From Leucoraja erinacea (taxonomy: Eukaryota), in the NCBI RefSeq assembly GCF_028641065.1, contig NC_073381.1, positions 27,032,001 to 27,096,000 of the forward strand: DNA of 64,000 bases. Direction: 5' to 3'. The translations under genes were made by a program, and so were the position numbers. Positions 61,738-64,000 of this stretch are shown one piece after another. Each line of letters opens with the position of its first letter. Within the stretch, counting starts at the first letter, position 1. The notes under the pieces are model-generated. The model ran no database searches. It saw only the letters and a program-made list of their open reading frames with translations, and was not told the DNA's origin.

Positions 61738-61970
61738 AGATAGACACAAAATACTGGAGTAACTCAGCGGGACAGGCGGCATCTCTGGAGAAGGAATAGG
61801 TGAAGTTTGAGTCTAGATCCTTCTTCAGTCTCTGAAGAAGTGTCTGAAGAAGGATCTCGATCCGAAATGTCACCCATTCCTTCTCTCCAGAGGCTGCCTG
61901 TCCCGCTGGGTTACTATAGCATTTTGGGTCTATCTTTGGTTTAAACCAGCATCTGTAGTTCCTTCATACA
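61738..61970. mobile_element. Inverted pair of Penelope pLTR tails (imperfect hairpin)
   Basis: AGATAGACACAAAATACTGGAGTAACTCAGCGGGACAGG... mirrored by ...CCTGTCCCGCTGGGTTACTATAGCATTTTGGGTCTATCT. Confidence 0.7.
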
Positions 61971-62008
61971 CATACTAGTTTGTGCCTACCTGAACAAGTT
62001 ATTTATGT

Positions 62009-62163
62009 AAGGTACACAAAAATGCTGGAGAAACTCAGCGGGTGCAGCAGCATCTATGGAGCGAAGGAAATAGGCGACGTTTCGGCCCGAAACGTCGCCT
62101 ATTTCCTTCGCTCCATAGATGCTGCTGCACCCGCTGAGTTTCTCCAGCATTTTTGTGTACCTT
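62009..62163. repeat. Perfect 155-bp palindrome from Penelope pLTR tail
   Basis: 77-bp arms identical in reverse complement around C62086; flanking direct repeat TGAACAAGTTATTTATGTA at 61991 and 62192. Confidence 0.95.
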
Positions 62164-63057
62164 CGATCTTCCATCATCTGCAGTTCCTTCTTGAACAAGT
62201 TATTTATGTACACAGGATTTAGTTGTCCTGCTTAACTTTTAGGGTTTTTTAAAATTATCTTGAATGAATTCTCACACGGGTACATCTAAAAAGTTACATT
62301 TGACACACGAGTACATTGAAAAAGTTAAGAAAATGTTTTTTCAATTTATTTAAATTATGAAAAGATTACTAAAGTTTAAACAATAAAATGTGTTCATCAC
62401 ATTAGTCGGTTCGGACCTCAAGCAGCTTACAAGACAACGATCTGCCATAGACACTAGCAGAAAGAAATGATATGCATATCAGCACCTTTTATGTCTTCAT
62501 AGCAACACTCAGCTGTTTGTTCCACCACTGGATCAGAAAACTGTTAATATGTCAAAGGGTCTGTAATCCAGTGATTTATCAGGCATATTTCATGATTTTC
62601 TATATCAATTCCAATGTTTATTTTATCCTTCTTTAAATTCTACCATTGTAACATTTCTCATAATTCTTGATTGTACCGAAGCATGTTTTAGAATCCATAA
62701 CCAGACAGCACATGAACAGGTCCATCGGCCAATAATGTCCATGCCGAACATGATGCCATTGTAAACTAATCTCCTCTACTTACACATGATCCATATCCCT
62801 TCATTCCCTACATATCCATGTGCCCGTGTAAAAGCCTTGTTAAAGCCACAATTATGCCTATGAAGTTATCTATTTACTATGTTGCAATCCTCTCTTTATT
62901 TAATAAATCAAATACAGGTTTAATATTCAATTACCCAGTAGAGAAATCCCCTCCTTTTCCACACCACTCACCTCCTCTGCTTGTCCAAAATGTGGCTGGG
63001 CAGTAGGTTGGATTTTGTGCAGGATTCTCCTTGATTTCCCGACAAGATTTCCTGACC

Positions 63058-63288
63058 TTTAGAAAGGAGATGAGGGGGAATTTCTCTAGTCGGAAGGTGG
63101 TGAATCTGTGGAATTCATTGCCACAGATGGCTGTGGAGGCCAAGTCAATGGATATTTTTAAAGCGGAGATTGACAGATTCTTGATTAGTAATGGTGTCAG
63201 TGATTATAGGGAGAAGGCAGGAGAATGGGGTTGAGAGAGAAACATAGATCAGCAATGATTGAATGGCGTAGTAGACTTGATGGGCCGC
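63058..63288 (+). mobile_element. CR1 LINE 3' fragment
   Basis: FRKEMRGNFSSRKVVNLWNSLPQ...EKAGEWG and 3'UTR. Confidence 0.75.
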
Positions 63289-64000
63289 TCGTAAGAACTA
63301 GAGTGCAGACTGGACTTTGAAAATTGTGCCAAAAAAATGGTGCGTCGTGTATGCGGGCTCAGTGGACTATTTCTATACACTTTGCTAATCAGGGGGATTG
63401 TGCTTAGTTATGGCAAAGAAAATAATTTGATTGCGCATCTGCACATGTGACAATTAAGTACCAGTGCACCGTTGAAACCACATTGATCACATCTCAGCTA
63501 TAATGAAGAAATATTGTGCTCCAAAACTCTCCAAACCATTAGCTTGGGTGATCAGGAGCAGCTACAAAATTAAATATTGTTCACCAGACAATATGGAAAA
63601 TTGCCCAGGAATGTCTGATCACAAAAATGTAGGACAAATCTCTTCCACTTAATTACTATCCTTAAGGTCTATTCTGTTCTCATTTGACAGTAACAGAAGG
63701 TGCCATCAATCTATGCTTATGTACCGATAATCTGCTCACTAAAACTCAGTTTTGATTCTCCCAAGACCATGGAGCTTCGAATCTCTTTGGAAAAAGCCTT
63801 TGGAAAAACATGGGAAAATAGGGCCAAATTCCAGGGGTGTGCTGAGAATGATTGTTCTTCACCAAGATAGCACAAAAGCAAGGGTGGCATCAAGGAGTCA
63901 TAGAGCCATATAGTGTGGAAACAGGCCCTTGGCTCAACTTACCCACACCGACCAACATGTCCCACCTACACTTGTTCCACTTGCCTGCGTTTGGTCCATA

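Noticed and set aside
61980-62222. Mirror-image ORFs on both strands
   Set aside because: Direct consequence of the DNA palindrome

Overview
Vertebrate, repeat-dominated non-coding DNA. The HE1/V-SINE, HER1/CR1 and Penelope-associated repeat complement points to a cartilaginous fish, probably a skate or ray (inference). The only recognisable host-protein CDS is an intact, intronless retrocopy of ATP synthase F1 delta (ATP5F1D, 10635-11144, minus). It carries AATAAA, an A14 tail and an 8-bp TSD, and sits inside a CpG-rich, promoter/first-exon-like region of an unidentified minus-strand gene. The rest is a transposon mosaic: a nearly intact full-length L1 (36.2-42.4 kb), CR1/HER1 LINEs, a dead Gypsy, Tx1, L2 and Rex1/Babar fragments, many V-SINEs, Penelope-type repeats with minimal hammerhead-ribozyme motifs, non-autonomous Helitrons, PIF/Harbinger-like MITEs, and a 3.4-kb DNA transposon with an 8-bp TSD spanning a 233-N gap and containing a Tc1 fragment. 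The most notable unexplained signal is a 17-nt complementarity between the L1 5'UTR and its inter-ORF spacer. Family assignments come from motif recognition only; no database searches were run, and most repeat boundaries are approximate.
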